Below are positions 1-9,138 of a stretch of 64,000 nt of DNA, piece after piece. The stretch lies in the UHGV virus genome UHGV-0305822; one strand, given 5' to 3'. The stretch comes from a virus. A program made the position numbers and the translations under genes. Numbering within the stretch: position 1 is the stretch's first letter; each line of letters starts with the position of its first letter. The notes below the pieces were generated by a model. That model saw only the letters and a program-made list of their open reading frames with translations, did no database searches and was not told the DNA's origin.

Positions 1-745
1 GCTCGTTAAAACTGAAATCCGTCCGGTTCCCGAAGCACAATTACTCGATCAACTTTATCGCATATTCCTGGATAAAGGTGTACATTTCCGTGTAGAACAA
101 GTCAATGATGAAAGCATCGTGTTCTACTGGACTCACAGCAACGATTATCTTTGTGACACTATTGCGAAAGAAATCGGTGAGTTACTCAACCCAGCAGAAG
201 GTACCACGAACGCCTGGGTAGAAACGACCGAGACTGAACAACCGAAAGCCGAGGCCGAAAAACAGCAGAAAGACGAACCGCACGTCCTCTGGTACGAAGG
301 TAAGAAGATTAAGGAAATTAAAGAAGCGTTAGAGACCCTCTATCACGACGATTTAGGCATTTACTGGGATAACAGCAAGCTCGTCGTTCGATTGAAGAAA
401 GACGATCGTAACCTCATGGAAGATATTCGTTCTATCGTTAAGCTGATCGATAACGACGCTGTTCGACTTATTTCGATTCATGGTATCGGAAAAGATACCG
501 CTGATGAACTCATGCGTGTGGCTGTTCACGAACACAAGGAGAAAATTCATCAATCCGTTTACAAAGGTGAAACGCTCACCGTTTTGATCGACAACGATGT
601 TGAGGTTTTCAAATCATTAACGAACTTTATGCGAATAGTTTCAACGGATTCTTATATCGAAAAAGCACGTGCCATGGTTCTCGAAAAGATTTTTGATATT
701 TACAACAAAGATTGCGATTGTCCTAATTGTCAAAAACGTCGTTAA
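1..745 (+). CDS. hypothetical protein, 5'-truncated at window edge
   Basis: Frame of ORF 119..745 stays open back to position 2 with no stop; C-terminal DCDCPNC Cys motif; followed by palindrome/hairpin. Confidence 0.55.
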   Translation, partial: LVKTEIRPVPEAQLLDQLYRIFLDKGVHFRVEQVNDESIVFYWTHSNDYLCDTIAKEIGELLNPAEGTTNAWVETTETEQPKAEAEKQQKDEPHVLWYEGKKIKEIKEALETLYHDDLGIYWDNSKLVVRLKKDDRNLMEDIRSIVKLIDNDAVRLISIHGIGKDTADELMRVAVHEHKEKIHQSVYKGETLTVLIDNDVEVFKSLTNFMRIVSTDSYIEKARAMVLEKIFDIYNKDCDCPNCQKRR

Positions 746-769
746 TTAACGACGTTCTAAATTCATCTA

Positions 770-803
770 AGGGGTGGTAATCCGCCCCTCTGTTATTGTA
801 TTT
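770..803 (+). terminator. rho-independent terminator candidate
   Basis: Stem AGGGGTGG/CCGCCCCT with TAAT loop followed by T-rich tract; also perfect palindrome CGTCGTTAATTAACGACG spanning the stop codon (737-754). Confidence 0.5.
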
Positions 804-821
804 ACCTAAAGGAGCATTAAA

Positions 822-1253
822 ATGTTTTTCGTACTAAAAGATGATATCCGTAACTACATTCGTAACAACCCTATTGCTCTGGGCGTTTTAGCAGGTTTCT
901 GTCGTCCAAATACTGATTTCGATTTAGTTAAGTTAGAAGAATATCAGGAAATTGTGAATACTAACTACTTGCACATCTGTAGCTGGGGTAAACGTCCTCG
1001 AGAAGAGTACCCTGTAGGTGAGTTAGGTGACACTATGCATCGTGACCAGAATCTGATGCACGAATTCGTTGAATACACACTGGAAAATCTTAACTATCCG
1101 CTTCTGGTCGACACTGTACCAGAAATGGTTGACGAGTGGTTAAGTCGTGTTTACAATGACCCTACTGCCAGCGCTCTACTGAGTCAGATGTCACAAACTT
1201 CTCGTGATATCGACACCCGTACCCTGATGTACTTAGCACACAACGTTCGCTAA
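822..1253 (+). CDS. hypothetical protein (143 aa)
   Basis: ATG preceded by conserved TTTACCTAAAGGAGCATTAAA ribosome-binding context; no recognisable motif. Confidence 0.6.
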   Translation: MFFVLKDDIRNYIRNNPIALGVLAGFCRPNTDFDLVKLEEYQEIVNTNYLHICSWGKRPREEYPVGELGDTMHRDQNLMHEFVEYTLENLNYPLLVDTVPEMVDEWLSRVYNDPTASALLSQMSQTSRDIDTRTLMYLAHNVR

Positions 1254-1419
1254 CCTCTCTCCGCTATAGGCTTCGGTCTATAGCGGAATTAATTTTCTTT
1301 CCCTTTTCTTTTTTGTTATTTCGACACCGCTTTACTTACTCTCTACTCGACTATTCCTATGCTGGCTGAGGGATGTAAAACGACCTCTTAAACCTTTTTA
1401 CTTATTGTGAGTTAACGCG

Positions 1420-2268
1420 ATGTCTCTTACGTCAAAACAGAAACTGCTAAAACTCATCAACACTGAAAACAATATTGTTCCGCCATTGACCTTCAGTGAT
1501 GTTGATATCGGCGAACCTACTGGTACTGGGGTTGATACCCAGGTGGTTCTGACTTCTAAACTCAAAGGCGATGAGTCTACTACTTTAACTGTGACTTACC
1601 ATCGTCGTAATTTGCCCGAATACCTAACAGGTGAATTGGTATTCGGTAACGACGGTGTTGTAACCGCTACAGATTTGCTTAATGCAATCAACGCAAAATA
1701 CGATTTAAATATCCTGCCGTCGGATATCGTTGATGCGAAAGTTGAAGGTGAAACCCATCAGCTTACCGCTAACGAGAAATCCTACGAATGGTGTGGCGAG
1801 GTGACGCTTACGCTACGCGATCCTATTGATCTGGCTAAATTGTTACCTGTTACTCAATTAGAAAACCTGGTAGAGTATCCGTCCACTAAGAAAGGTAACG
1901 CAGCGGTTTATTCTTATCCAATTGACTTCACCGCAGAAAAAGATTACCTCGATCCGATTACCATTAACGACACTGTCGACCTGGCTGAGTTAGCCACTAA
2001 ACTGGTCAACGTCGTTGATGAGAAATGGGTAAGCGTACCTAAAAACGCTGCTAATAACCTCTACGGTGCTAAGGTTATCTACGATGGCCCTACCGCAGGT
2101 TACGAAGGTGCAAACACAAAGTACACACGTGTGTTGGTACTCGCACTCAGTGGACTGTGTGCTAACCTGACCGGTAATCTGTTAATCCACTTTAACGGTA
2201 CCGATCGTCCGAAGTCGAAGATTGAATTAGCTAAAACTAATTCGGTCTTACCGGGATTCTTAGATTAA
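1420..2268 (+). CDS. hypothetical protein, member 1 of 4-member paralog family (282 aa)
   Basis: N-terminal ~70 aa alignable by eye with ORFs 2282, 5423, 6034 (shared DV.FG.P ... NT.V.LT ... Y.R pattern). Confidence 0.6.
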   Translation: MSLTSKQKLLKLINTENNIVPPLTFSDVDIGEPTGTGVDTQVVLTSKLKGDESTTLTVTYHRRNLPEYLTGELVFGNDGVVTATDLLNAINAKYDLNILPSDIVDAKVEGETHQLTANEKSYEWCGEVTLTLRDPIDLAKLLPVTQLENLVEYPSTKKGNAAVYSYPIDFTAEKDYLDPITINDTVDLAELATKLVNVVDEKWVSVPKNAANNLYGAKVIYDGPTAGYEGANTKYTRVLVLALSGLCANLTGNLLIHFNGTDRPKSKIELAKTNSVLPGFLD

Positions 2269-2281
2269 GAGGATTACAGTA

Positions 2282-2758
2282 ATGACCAGTCAAGAAACTA
2301 TCTTCGACCTTATTAAAAAGGCTAACCCAGACGCTGAGCTTGACACCGCCAAAGTTACATTGGGTGTGCCCGTCGTAAGTACCGGTGCGTACAACACCGA
2401 AGTTACGGTTGCGTCAATTAAGAATCTCGGTTATGCTAATAAGCAAACGTTCCAGTATAACCGCATTGATGCAGGTTTGTATTTCCTCAACGTATTGCCG
2501 AAACTGTTAGTTGAATCAGCCACCACGACTGCGGACCTGCTGCCTGTAATTAACGAGCAGTATGGCTTAACCCTTACTGAAGACGACGTATGGGTAGAGC
2601 AGGTTGGTGAGTTACCGCTGGACGGCAGTGCAATCGAGCACGGCATTTTCTTCCGTCCTGAGTGCCTAACCTGGGTCGGTGGTTTTACAGTGCGCGTTGC
2701 GCGTAAACCGACTGTTGAAACACCGCCAGCTAATCCATCGCGCGCTAAGAAGAAATAA
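2282..2758 (+). CDS. hypothetical protein, paralog family member 2 (158 aa)
   Basis: RBS AAGAGGA; N-terminal similarity to 1420/5423/6034 products. Confidence 0.6.
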   Translation: MTSQETIFDLIKKANPDAELDTAKVTLGVPVVSTGAYNTEVTVASIKNLGYANKQTFQYNRIDAGLYFLNVLPKLLVESATTTADLLPVINEQYGLTLTEDDVWVEQVGELPLDGSAIEHGIFFRPECLTWVGGFTVRVARKPTVETPPANPSRAKKK

Positions 2759-2763
2759 CGACA

Positions 2764-2797
2764 GGGTGGGGTAATCCCACCCTCTTTTCTTTTTTTG
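2764..2797 (+). terminator. rho-independent terminator candidate
   Basis: GGGTGGG...CCCACCC stem followed by TCTTTTCTTTTTTTG. Confidence 0.55.
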
Positions 2798-2819
2798 TGT
2801 AAAAGAGGAGTTAAACGAA

Positions 2820-3410
2820 ATGGCCGAACGTTGGACTAAAGAAGGTATTATTGCTTCGAAAACAGATTTAGAAGGTGGGTACGTGAACGACCCCGACGAT
2901 AAAGGTGGGGAAACCTGTCACGGCGTAACACTAACAACTGCACGCGAATACGGGTATAAAGGGAGAATGAAGGATCTGACCCGTGCGCAGGCGTTTGATA
3001 TTTACGATCGCGGTTGGTGGAAGAAACTTAAACTCGATGAGATTTTAGCTATTTCACCCTTACTCGCAGACCGGATGTTTGATTTTGCTATTAACTCTGG
3101 CCGCGTTAACTGTGTGAAATCGTTACAACGTATTCTGAACGTTTTAAATAACGAAGGGAAACTTTACGCAGATATTGACACCGACGGCGGTATGGGACCT
3201 AAAACGCTAGGTGCCCTGAATGCTTATCTGAATTACCGTAAAGACGAGGGGTTAGGCATCTTAATCTTTGCCTTAATCTCACACCAGGTAACTTACTACA
3301 CAGAAATCTCCGAAAAGCGTAAGAAGAATGAAAAATTCGCTTACGGTTGGTATGCACGTGTGTTCAGGGAAATGCCGGATTATGTAGTGAAGGCGGGGTT
3401 AGTAAAATGA
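2820..3410 (+). CDS. GH108-type lysozyme with putative peptidoglycan-binding domain (endolysin-like)
   Basis: Motif EGGYVNDPDDKGGETCHGVT matches the GH108 signature (EGGY.NDP.D.GG.T..G); C-terminal region resembles PG_binding_3-type domain; RBS AAAGAGGAG. Confidence 0.7.
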   Translation: MAERWTKEGIIASKTDLEGGYVNDPDDKGGETCHGVTLTTAREYGYKGRMKDLTRAQAFDIYDRGWWKKLKLDEILAISPLLADRMFDFAINSGRVNCVKSLQRILNVLNNEGKLYADIDTDGGMGPKTLGALNAYLNYRKDEGLGILIFALISHQVTYYTEISEKRKKNEKFAYGWYARVFREMPDYVVKAGLVK

Positions 3411-3511
3411 ACTGGTTTGCTAAACTCTTAGCGTTATTGTGGAAAGCGTTAACGTCTGGGCGGAAACGTAAAGACGAAAAGCGTGGATACGAATTTTTCT
3501 GGTTTCTATAA
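3407..3511 (+). CDS. small ORF (34 aa, amphipathic/basic), start overlaps lysozyme stop (ATGA)
   Basis: MNWFAKLLALLWKALTSGRKRKDEKRGYEFFWFL; not in ORF track (short); ATGA overlap suggests translational coupling; function unknown. Confidence 0.25.
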   Translation: MNWFAKLLALLWKALTSGRKRKDEKRGYEFFWFL

Positions 3512-3526
3512 GGGAAGGTGTGGGTA

Positions 3527-4192
3527 ATGGAGAAGCTTCAATATAAACGTTTAGACAATAAGTGGTTTGTATTAACGGAGGATTACCATTATCCGTTTAC
3601 GTTACGTGAGATATATCACGACCACGTACACTTAGACCGTGCGGTTTATTTAACGGGTGTATTGCCTGACACACAATTGTGGTTAACGGCACCGAAAGGG
3701 TTCGTTACCGATTTAGCGTCAATTCCTGAACACCTCCAGGGAATTTTCCATCCTGACGGGCCGTGGGCACCTGCGGCCTGCATTCACGACCTACTCTATC
3801 AAAAATGCAGTACGGAACGGAGCTATCCCATGACACCGGGTGGTAACGTTTCGCGTTTTATCGATAAAGAGTTTTCTGACTTAACGTTCCTGCGTATTAT
3901 GCAGTCGTTGGAAATCTCGCCTTATATCTGCCAAACATTTTATAAGGCCGTCGTTGAATTCGGCTGGGATGCCTACGTAGATCCTAATGCAAAGCCATCC
4001 TACAACACTAACGCGTTTCGTACGTTAGATTATAATCGAAACTATTTATTCGTTCGCGAGTTTAAGGAACCTGCAATACCTGACCACGAACGTATTGATA
4101 TCACCACAGATCAGCCCGTTAATGTCAAATACCTGAACATTAAACGTGCTTTTCTGTCTGGGAGGGAAGATGTTTCATCCAAATCCGAGTAA
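3527..4192 (+). CDS. DUF1353-like protein
   Basis: Motif GFVTDLASIP ... AACIHDLLYQ resembles DUF1353 (G..TDGASIP ... HD.LY); ATG at 3527 after GGGAAGGTG (ORF track start 3518 is GTG). Confidence 0.5.
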   Translation: MEKLQYKRLDNKWFVLTEDYHYPFTLREIYHDHVHLDRAVYLTGVLPDTQLWLTAPKGFVTDLASIPEHLQGIFHPDGPWAPAACIHDLLYQKCSTERSYPMTPGGNVSRFIDKEFSDLTFLRIMQSLEISPYICQTFYKAVVEFGWDAYVDPNAKPSYNTNAFRTLDYNRNYLFVREFKEPAIPDHERIDITTDQPVNVKYLNIKRAFLSGREDVSSKSE

Positions 4193-4685
4193 CTTTAAAC
4201 TCAAAGAGTTAGTACCACAGTCTTATATTGCCAAATACGGCGATTCTGCAATTCGGTTTATGAATCCGTTGTTAATGATTTCGCTACAACAGATTCGTAA
4301 CCGTTTCGGTAGAATGGTCATTAACTCAACTACCGCACAACAACGTGGCCTAAGAACCTTAGACTTCTTTATCAATCAAGAAAAGCCTAAAGGCGGTAAC
4401 TATAAACAACGTGCTTTACAACTCTACTCTGATTCAGGAAGTCAACACAAATTCGGTAATGCGATTGACGCAACGTTGTTGGACAGTACCGTAAAGCAGG
4501 TTCACGACTACATCGCCGCTAACCCTGATGAGTTTCCGTTCATTCACTTTATTGAATGCGACATCAGTTGGTTACACATCGACGTTCGTAACCAACCTAA
4601 CATTACTTTCTGGTCACCAAATCGAGGTACTGTGAAAGTGGTTAAGCAAAAACCAATCGATTGGAGCGCCTTAGTCGAGATTTAA
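4170..4685 (+). CDS. peptidase M15-like (zinc D,D- or L-Ala-D-Glu peptidase fold) candidate
   Basis: SQHKFGNAIDA (S.H..G.A.D) and WLHIDV (W.H.D) resemble M15 metal-binding motifs; ATG at 4170 after GGGAGGGAAG; overlaps upstream gene by 23 nt. Confidence 0.45.
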   Translation: MFHPNPSNFKLKELVPQSYIAKYGDSAIRFMNPLLMISLQQIRNRFGRMVINSTTAQQRGLRTLDFFINQEKPKGGNYKQRALQLYSDSGSQHKFGNAIDATLLDSTVKQVHDYIAANPDEFPFIHFIECDISWLHIDVRNQPNITFWSPNRGTVKVVKQKPIDWSALVEI

Positions 4686-4770
4686 CTATTTCTAAGGTGT
4701 TTATACCTTATTTTGTATAAAGACGCTTAGAATGCGTTCTACGCACGATTTGGCGGTTAAAATGAATATA

Positions 4771-4805
4771 CCCTACTCCTTAACGGGAGTAGGGTAGTTT
4801 TTATT
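4771..4805. terminator. bidirectional terminator hairpin between convergent genes
   Basis: Stem CCCTACTCC / GGAGTAGGG, loop TTAACG, followed by TAGTTTTTATT; same stem recurs at 45813 and 46429. Confidence 0.6.
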
Positions 4806-5283
4806 ATTCCGCAGGATGGAGCATTGTTCCGGTGTCAGGAGCTACACCTTCTTTACAGTGGAAGAAAGTAATGCCTTTACCATCACCCGTTTTATATTCT
4901 AAAGTAGAATACGCAAACGTTGGCGTTTTTGAAAGTAACCCATTTACACGGTAGTAACGTTGCCCCGTGATAGGATCGATATTTCCATTAACTTTACCTA
5001 ATAAATCTTTATAAAGTTGGGGTGACTCAATCTTACCATTTGGCCAAGTGGCTACCCAGTTAGCGCCAGTATCGATTACAGTTACTGAACCTAACATTAG
5101 GTTAGTCGAGCTGACGACAGGTTTGTAATTTACAAAATCCTGCTCTACGCCCATACAGGTGTAAATAACCATGTCGTGTGGCTCTACGGGTACAGTTGAG
5201 AATTGGCCATTACTATTCGGTTGTAAAGCACATCCTGCTAATGAAAAAACACCAACCATAGCGATAAGAAAACGTTTTAGCAT
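4804..5283 (-). CDS. predicted lipoprotein (159 aa)
   Basis: N-terminal signal peptide with lipobox LAGC (MLKRFLIAMVGVFSLAGCALQ); convergent to the hydrolase cassette. Confidence 0.6.
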   Translation of the reverse strand: MLKRFLIAMVGVFSLAGCALQPNSNGQFSTVPVEPHDMVIYTCMGVEQDFVNYKPVVSSTNLMLGSVTVIDTGANWVATWPNGKIESPQLYKDLLGKVNGNIDPITGQRYYRVNGLLSKTPTFAYSTLEYKTGDGKGITFFHCKEGVAPDTGTMLHPAE

Positions 5284-5422
5284 GTTTTCACCTTTTATAA
5301 AAAAAGTTAAAAATAATAATTTTACAGACGACCCTTACTGCCATCTGTCATAACTATTAAAACCACTTCTATAATCCGAACAATACTATGCAATCCACCC
5401 TGCCACACACGAGGTAAAAACG

Positions 5423-5968
5423 ATGGCTAAAGCTTTCAATCTGCAGCTCATTGAAGCTGTTAAAGCTAAAAACCCTGAAACTGCTTCTAAACTGACCGTA
5501 AATGATGTCGATTTCGGGGCCGTAGAAGCTTACACCCCGACCGGTAAAAGCGACGCCCGTAACACTAAAGTTGTCCTGACAGCGAAAGAAAGCAGCGCTA
5601 ACTTCACCGGTAATAAAGAATTTCATTATATCCGTCTGGCTTCCGCTAACCTGATTGGTGCCAAAGCTTACCAACAGGAAGGTAGCCTCGACCTGGAAAA
5701 TGACGCTATCGTAACCAAACTCAATCAAGAAATGGTTACTAAAGGTTATGTCGATGACGCGTTCGCTGCAGGTGAACTCACTATTGAGAAAACTAATGGC
5801 GAGAGCGGTGCTAAGGTTTACACTATCAAAGTAAATGCTGGGCACATTAAATTCCTACCAGGTACCATTGCCACCTTCACCTATACCAACCCGGTTCCTC
5901 CGAAGGTAGCTCTGAGCGGCCTGGAAGGTGAACTGGACGGTTTCACCGCACCGTCTCCTAAAGAGTAA
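5423..5968 (+). CDS. hypothetical protein, paralog family member 3 (181 aa)
   Basis: N-terminal similarity to 1420/2282/6034 products; C-terminal GELDGFT motif shared with 6034 product; candidate TATAAT at ~5381. Confidence 0.6.
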   Translation: MAKAFNLQLIEAVKAKNPETASKLTVNDVDFGAVEAYTPTGKSDARNTKVVLTAKESSANFTGNKEFHYIRLASANLIGAKAYQQEGSLDLENDAIVTKLNQEMVTKGYVDDAFAAGELTIEKTNGESGAKVYTIKVNAGHIKFLPGTIATFTYTNPVPPKVALSGLEGELDGFTAPSPKE

Positions 5969-5972
5969 TTAA

Positions 5973-6008
5973 ATCGGGGAGGGGGTAACCTCCCCGATAT
6001 TTCTTTAA
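5973..6008 (+). terminator. rho-independent terminator candidate
   Basis: Stem ATCGGGGAGG / CCTCCCCGAT followed by ATTTCTTT. Confidence 0.55.
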
Positions 6009-6033
6009 CTCGTACTATTAAGGATTTAAGATA

Positions 6034-6564
6034 ATGGCAGCTACTAACCAGATGATGTTGGTCGCGCTTTATAATGCTGCTAACACTGAGCTACCACATC
6101 AGATTACTGATAAAGAAGTGTCCTTTGGTTTGCCTACTGCGCTGGAAGGCGAAGGTAAGAATACCAAAGTTACCATGACTGCACTGCCGGGTTCTGAGAA
6201 TTTCAAAGGCGCAATCGAACTGCATTACGATCGTCTGGAGCCGGGTGTTGTAGGTCGTATTGAACTAACTGACGATCTGTCTCGTTGGGAAGATCAAAAC
6301 GAATTGCGCGCATGGTTACAATATTACATCAATAAAGTTAAACCGGACGATGCTATTCATCCAGCGGACGTTTCTTATTCTACCGAAGACCAGAAAGACG
6401 AACATGAAAACGTCACTCTGCGTACCGTGACGTGCACCGTTACCGAAAAGAACCTCCGTTATAAACCAGGTGTAATGGCAACTTTCGTAATTACGCCGAA
6501 AGTTGTCGATAATCGTATTGACCTGGCCACCACCAACGGTGAGCTGGACGGCTTTACGTCCTAA
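6034..6564 (+). CDS. hypothetical protein, paralog family member 4 (176 aa)
   Basis: N-terminal similarity to 5423 product; C-terminal GELDGFTS. Confidence 0.6.
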   Translation: MAATNQMMLVALYNAANTELPHQITDKEVSFGLPTALEGEGKNTKVTMTALPGSENFKGAIELHYDRLEPGVVGRIELTDDLSRWEDQNELRAWLQYYINKVKPDDAIHPADVSYSTEDQKDEHENVTLRTVTCTVTEKNLRYKPGVMATFVITPKVVDNRIDLATTNGELDGFTS

Positions 6565-6565
6565 G

Positions 6566-6624
6566 AAAAAATAAAAAAAAATACCTACCTCCTATTACGG
6601 GAGGTAGGTATACTATTTTTTTTT
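6566..6624. terminator. bidirectional terminator (A-run, hairpin, T-run)
   Basis: AAAAAATAAAAAAAAA + stem TACCTACCTCC/GGAGGTAGGTA + TTTTTTTTT between convergent genes ending 6564 (+) and 6634 (-). Confidence 0.65.
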
Positions 6625-6633
6625 CGCTGTCGA

Positions 6634-7305
6634 TTACAGCCCTTGCTCTAACGCAAACGCTTTAATTGAATCGTAATCACGTGCTTCAGCCCAAGCCCTG
6701 ACTTCTCTTTTCTGCTCAGACATTGCGTGGTGTAGTCTTTGATCGCGCTCAACGATTGCTGCCAGCAACGTCTTGCACTGTTCTAACGTAAACGGTTCGA
6801 TACGGGTGTTGTTAGCCGTTAACCAATACGCTGGCGCAGTTTCTGACTGAATATAACGACTCAGTGCTACCTGTGACTTCTCATCTGCCTGGAAAGTGAA
6901 ATCACCTACCTGAATCTCAGCATAGCGTGCATCTTGATAACGGAATTCCAAAGCGCTTAGAATTTTCTGAACATCGGTAAAGATGTACCGCACCGTGGAA
7001 CGTAAACCTGTACGAATTTCTTCCAGGTCAATCCCCAACGTGTCGTTAACAAAGTCTTTCGCTTTCTGTAGCGTAAACCGTGCTTCGATTTCAGACATGT
7101 CGTAGTTACGCATTTGTTCCAATGCTTCGCGATCAGACATCCCATCAATCAACTTATAATGCAGTAACGCACAAAACCCTGTACGGCCGTGATCTTCGCT
7201 ACCGATTTTCTCCATGTAGTTACCATGACGGTCAATCGGTAAATCGTGCGCAAAATAACGGCGACGGATTTCTTCTTTCGTTAAGCCTTCACCAGTAGCA
7301 GACAT
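6634..7305 (-). CDS. hypothetical protein (223 aa), last gene of radical-SAM operon
   Basis: Long ORF, start overlaps upstream gene by 25 nt (translational coupling); no confident motif. Confidence 0.5.
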   Translation of the reverse strand: MSATGEGLTKEEIRRRYFAHDLPIDRHGNYMEKIGSEDHGRTGFCALLHYKLIDGMSDREALEQMRNYDMSEIEARFTLQKAKDFVNDTLGIDLEEIRTGLRSTVRYIFTDVQKILSALEFRYQDARYAEIQVGDFTFQADEKSQVALSRYIQSETAPAYWLTANNTRIEPFTLEQCKTLLAAIVERDQRLHHAMSEQKREVRAWAEARDYDSIKAFALEQGL

Positions 7306-7853
7306 TCATCGTCTCCTTTAATCAACCCTAATTCGATTAACAGTTCAAAATCGATATGACGGAATCTTGTGTCGAAGTCCGATTCCCAATCGATACGGAT
7401 ACCCTGGCATTCTTCTGGCGTTAGCTCAGGAAAAATCACGCTATTAAATTTCTCCCGCTCATCGTAAAACCCATCAATCGGTGAGTTCGGGTTACGTGTT
7501 GCGAAGATAGTAATGCCGGGGAAGGACAATGCCAACACAGTGATAGATTCTGCGCTGGGTTCGCTTAAAGAGCGGCGTAGAAACGCAATTTTGTGACGTG
7601 GGAAATCCAATACCCGTTCTTCAAACCCTGGGTTACGTTTTTCAATTTCCGCAACCGACAGGTCAGTAAGTTCGGTGCAGTACATTGGGATGATTACAGT
7701 CACGCCGTGACGAATCAGTAAGCGTTTTACGTCATCGGTGAAATCTTCACCGTTAATCACCACATAACAACCGAATAGCTTACTGTTTTCCAGAAACTTA
7801 TCCAGAAGTCGAATTCTACGCTTCGTAATATTGTTGATCAGAATTGGTTTCAT
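7281..7853 (-). CDS. hypothetical protein (190 aa)
   Basis: Long ORF overlapping both neighbours (7281-7305 and 7816-7853) on same strand. Confidence 0.5.
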   Translation of the reverse strand: MKPILINNITKRRIRLLDKFLENSKLFGCYVVINGEDFTDDVKRLLIRHGVTVIIPMYCTELTDLSVAEIEKRNPGFEERVLDFPRHKIAFLRRSLSEPSAESITVLALSFPGITIFATRNPNSPIDGFYDEREKFNSVIFPELTPEECQGIRIDWESDFDTRFRHIDFELLIELGLIKGDDECLLLVKA

Positions 7854-9138
7854 CTTTGGCTTCTCTTAATAATTTTTCCTTTTGGGCACGTTCACGAACA
7901 CAGCGTGGGCAATAACACATGCTCGTGTCGTGGAACGCTTTTGCTGACGTCGTACCCATCTTCTGTTTCCAGTATTCCGCCACCATCAGTTTCGCTGTCG
8001 TCCAGCCACACTGACGTCGTTCAGCGTGATACGCCTTACGGTCTTCTAACGTCCCTTCCCCGTTCTCGTAAGAAGCCGCTGCGCAGCTACCACAAGCGTG
8101 TTTCATCGGACAACCTAAACAGGTCTCTGGGTAGTTGGTATATTGCGTTTGAATCTCTTCTAACAATTTACCGTTGTCCAGACTGACGAATTCCCGACCT
8201 ACCAACTCAAACACCGCAGAACGCGACGTTACCGTTGACATAAAGCGGTTACAGCCAAAGATCTTACGGTCAAATCCTAAGCACGTCATGTGCGTTAACG
8301 TCCCACAAAACGGACGTAAACGTTCTGGGTTCAGCCGTACGGTGTCATTATACAGTAACTGGTCACGCCAGTTCGGTTCCCAAATCGTATCGAAATCCAA
8401 CCCTTCTGGAATGATGTGCGATAAGATATTACGTGGGTTGGTGTGTAATCCTTTCTCAACCCAGTAATCTATCACATCCATCATCTGTAACGCGATTGAC
8501 GTCGCCATGCTACGTGGCATAACGTCTTCGAAAGTTACGTTTCCAGAAATTGTCCCACCGCCAGTAATGTCAATTAATGACTTCATCCCCGCAGCATAGA
8601 ACGGCAGCGTTTCTAACGTAAAGGTTGCTTTTACGCCGAGCTCTGCAATGCCAACCTCTTTTAAGTAGTTATAGCCACGTACTGCGGCTTCGTAAGAACC
8701 CTGGCGTGTTGTTGTGAAGATACGATAACGGTCATGGGATTCAGGTAAGCCATCAATCGAAACCCCAACCGAAAGTTTATCTTTCCAACGTTCTACAATC
8801 TCACGGTTCAACGGACGATCTAACAGCGTTCCGTTCGTGGAGATACTAAACATAAACGGTCGGTTGTGTTCTTTACACAACTGCTCAGCGGTTTCAAACG
8901 CAGCCAGCAGCAGTTTAGGCTGCATGAACGGCTCACCACCGATAATGTCGATAATAACTTCAACATTCGGTTCGTTTTTATCACGTTCAAAACAGGCGTG
9001 TAAGAAATCAACAATATCCGCCGCTTTGTTGTTACGCGGGTACTTACGTTCGTAACAATATTCGCAGTCCAAGTTACACGAAAGGTTGGTTACGATCTGA
9101 TACGTTAACTGCTTAGGGAATTCATTTACTTGACTCAT
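7816..9138 (-). CDS. radical SAM enzyme with SPASM-type C-terminal Cys cluster (peptide/protein-modifying maturase candidate)
   Basis: N-terminal CNLDCEYC (Cx3Cx2C radical SAM 4Fe-4S motif); GGEPF SAM-binding-like motif; C-terminal FCG...C...C and CLGCPMKHACGSC clusters typical of SPASM auxiliary Fe-S domains. Confidence 0.8.
   Translation of the reverse strand: MSQVNEFPKQLTYQIVTNLSCNLDCEYCYERKYPRNNKAADIVDFLHACFERDKNEPNVEVIIDIIGGEPFMQPKLLLAAFETAEQLCKEHNRPFMFSISTNGTLLDRPLNREIVERWKDKLSVGVSIDGLPESHDRYRIFTTTRQGSYEAAVRGYNYLKEVGIAELGVKATFTLETLPFYAAGMKSLIDITGGGTISGNVTFEDVMPRSMATSIALQMMDVIDYWVEKGLHTNPRNILSHIIPEGLDFDTIWEPNWRDQLLYNDTVRLNPERLRPFCGTLTHMTCLGFDRKIFGCNRFMSTVTSRSAVFELVGREFVSLDNGKLLEEIQTQYTNYPETCLGCPMKHACGSCAAASYENGEGTLEDRKAYHAERRQCGWTTAKLMVAEYWKQKMGTTSAKAFHDTSMCYCPRCVRERAQKEKLLREAKDETNSDQQYYEA

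Noticed and set aside
353-2646. Minus-strand ORFs 353..553 and 2431..2646
   Set aside because: Embedded antisense in plus-strand genes with good RBS and terminators.
3407-3511. 34-aa ORF as holin
   Set aside because: Hydrophobic stretch is ~13 residues, too short for a transmembrane helix; kept only as low-confidence small ORF.
4804-5283. Lipoprotein as o-spanin (Rz1-like)
   Set aside because: At 159 aa it is much longer than typical o-spanins, is convergent to the hydrolase genes, and has no partner i-spanin; more consistent with an exclusion or envelope lipoprotein.
5369-5845. Minus-strand ORF overlapping paralog gene 5423..5968
   Set aside because: Antisense to a gene with clear RBS, paralogs and terminator; Phe/Ser-rich translation looks non-biological.
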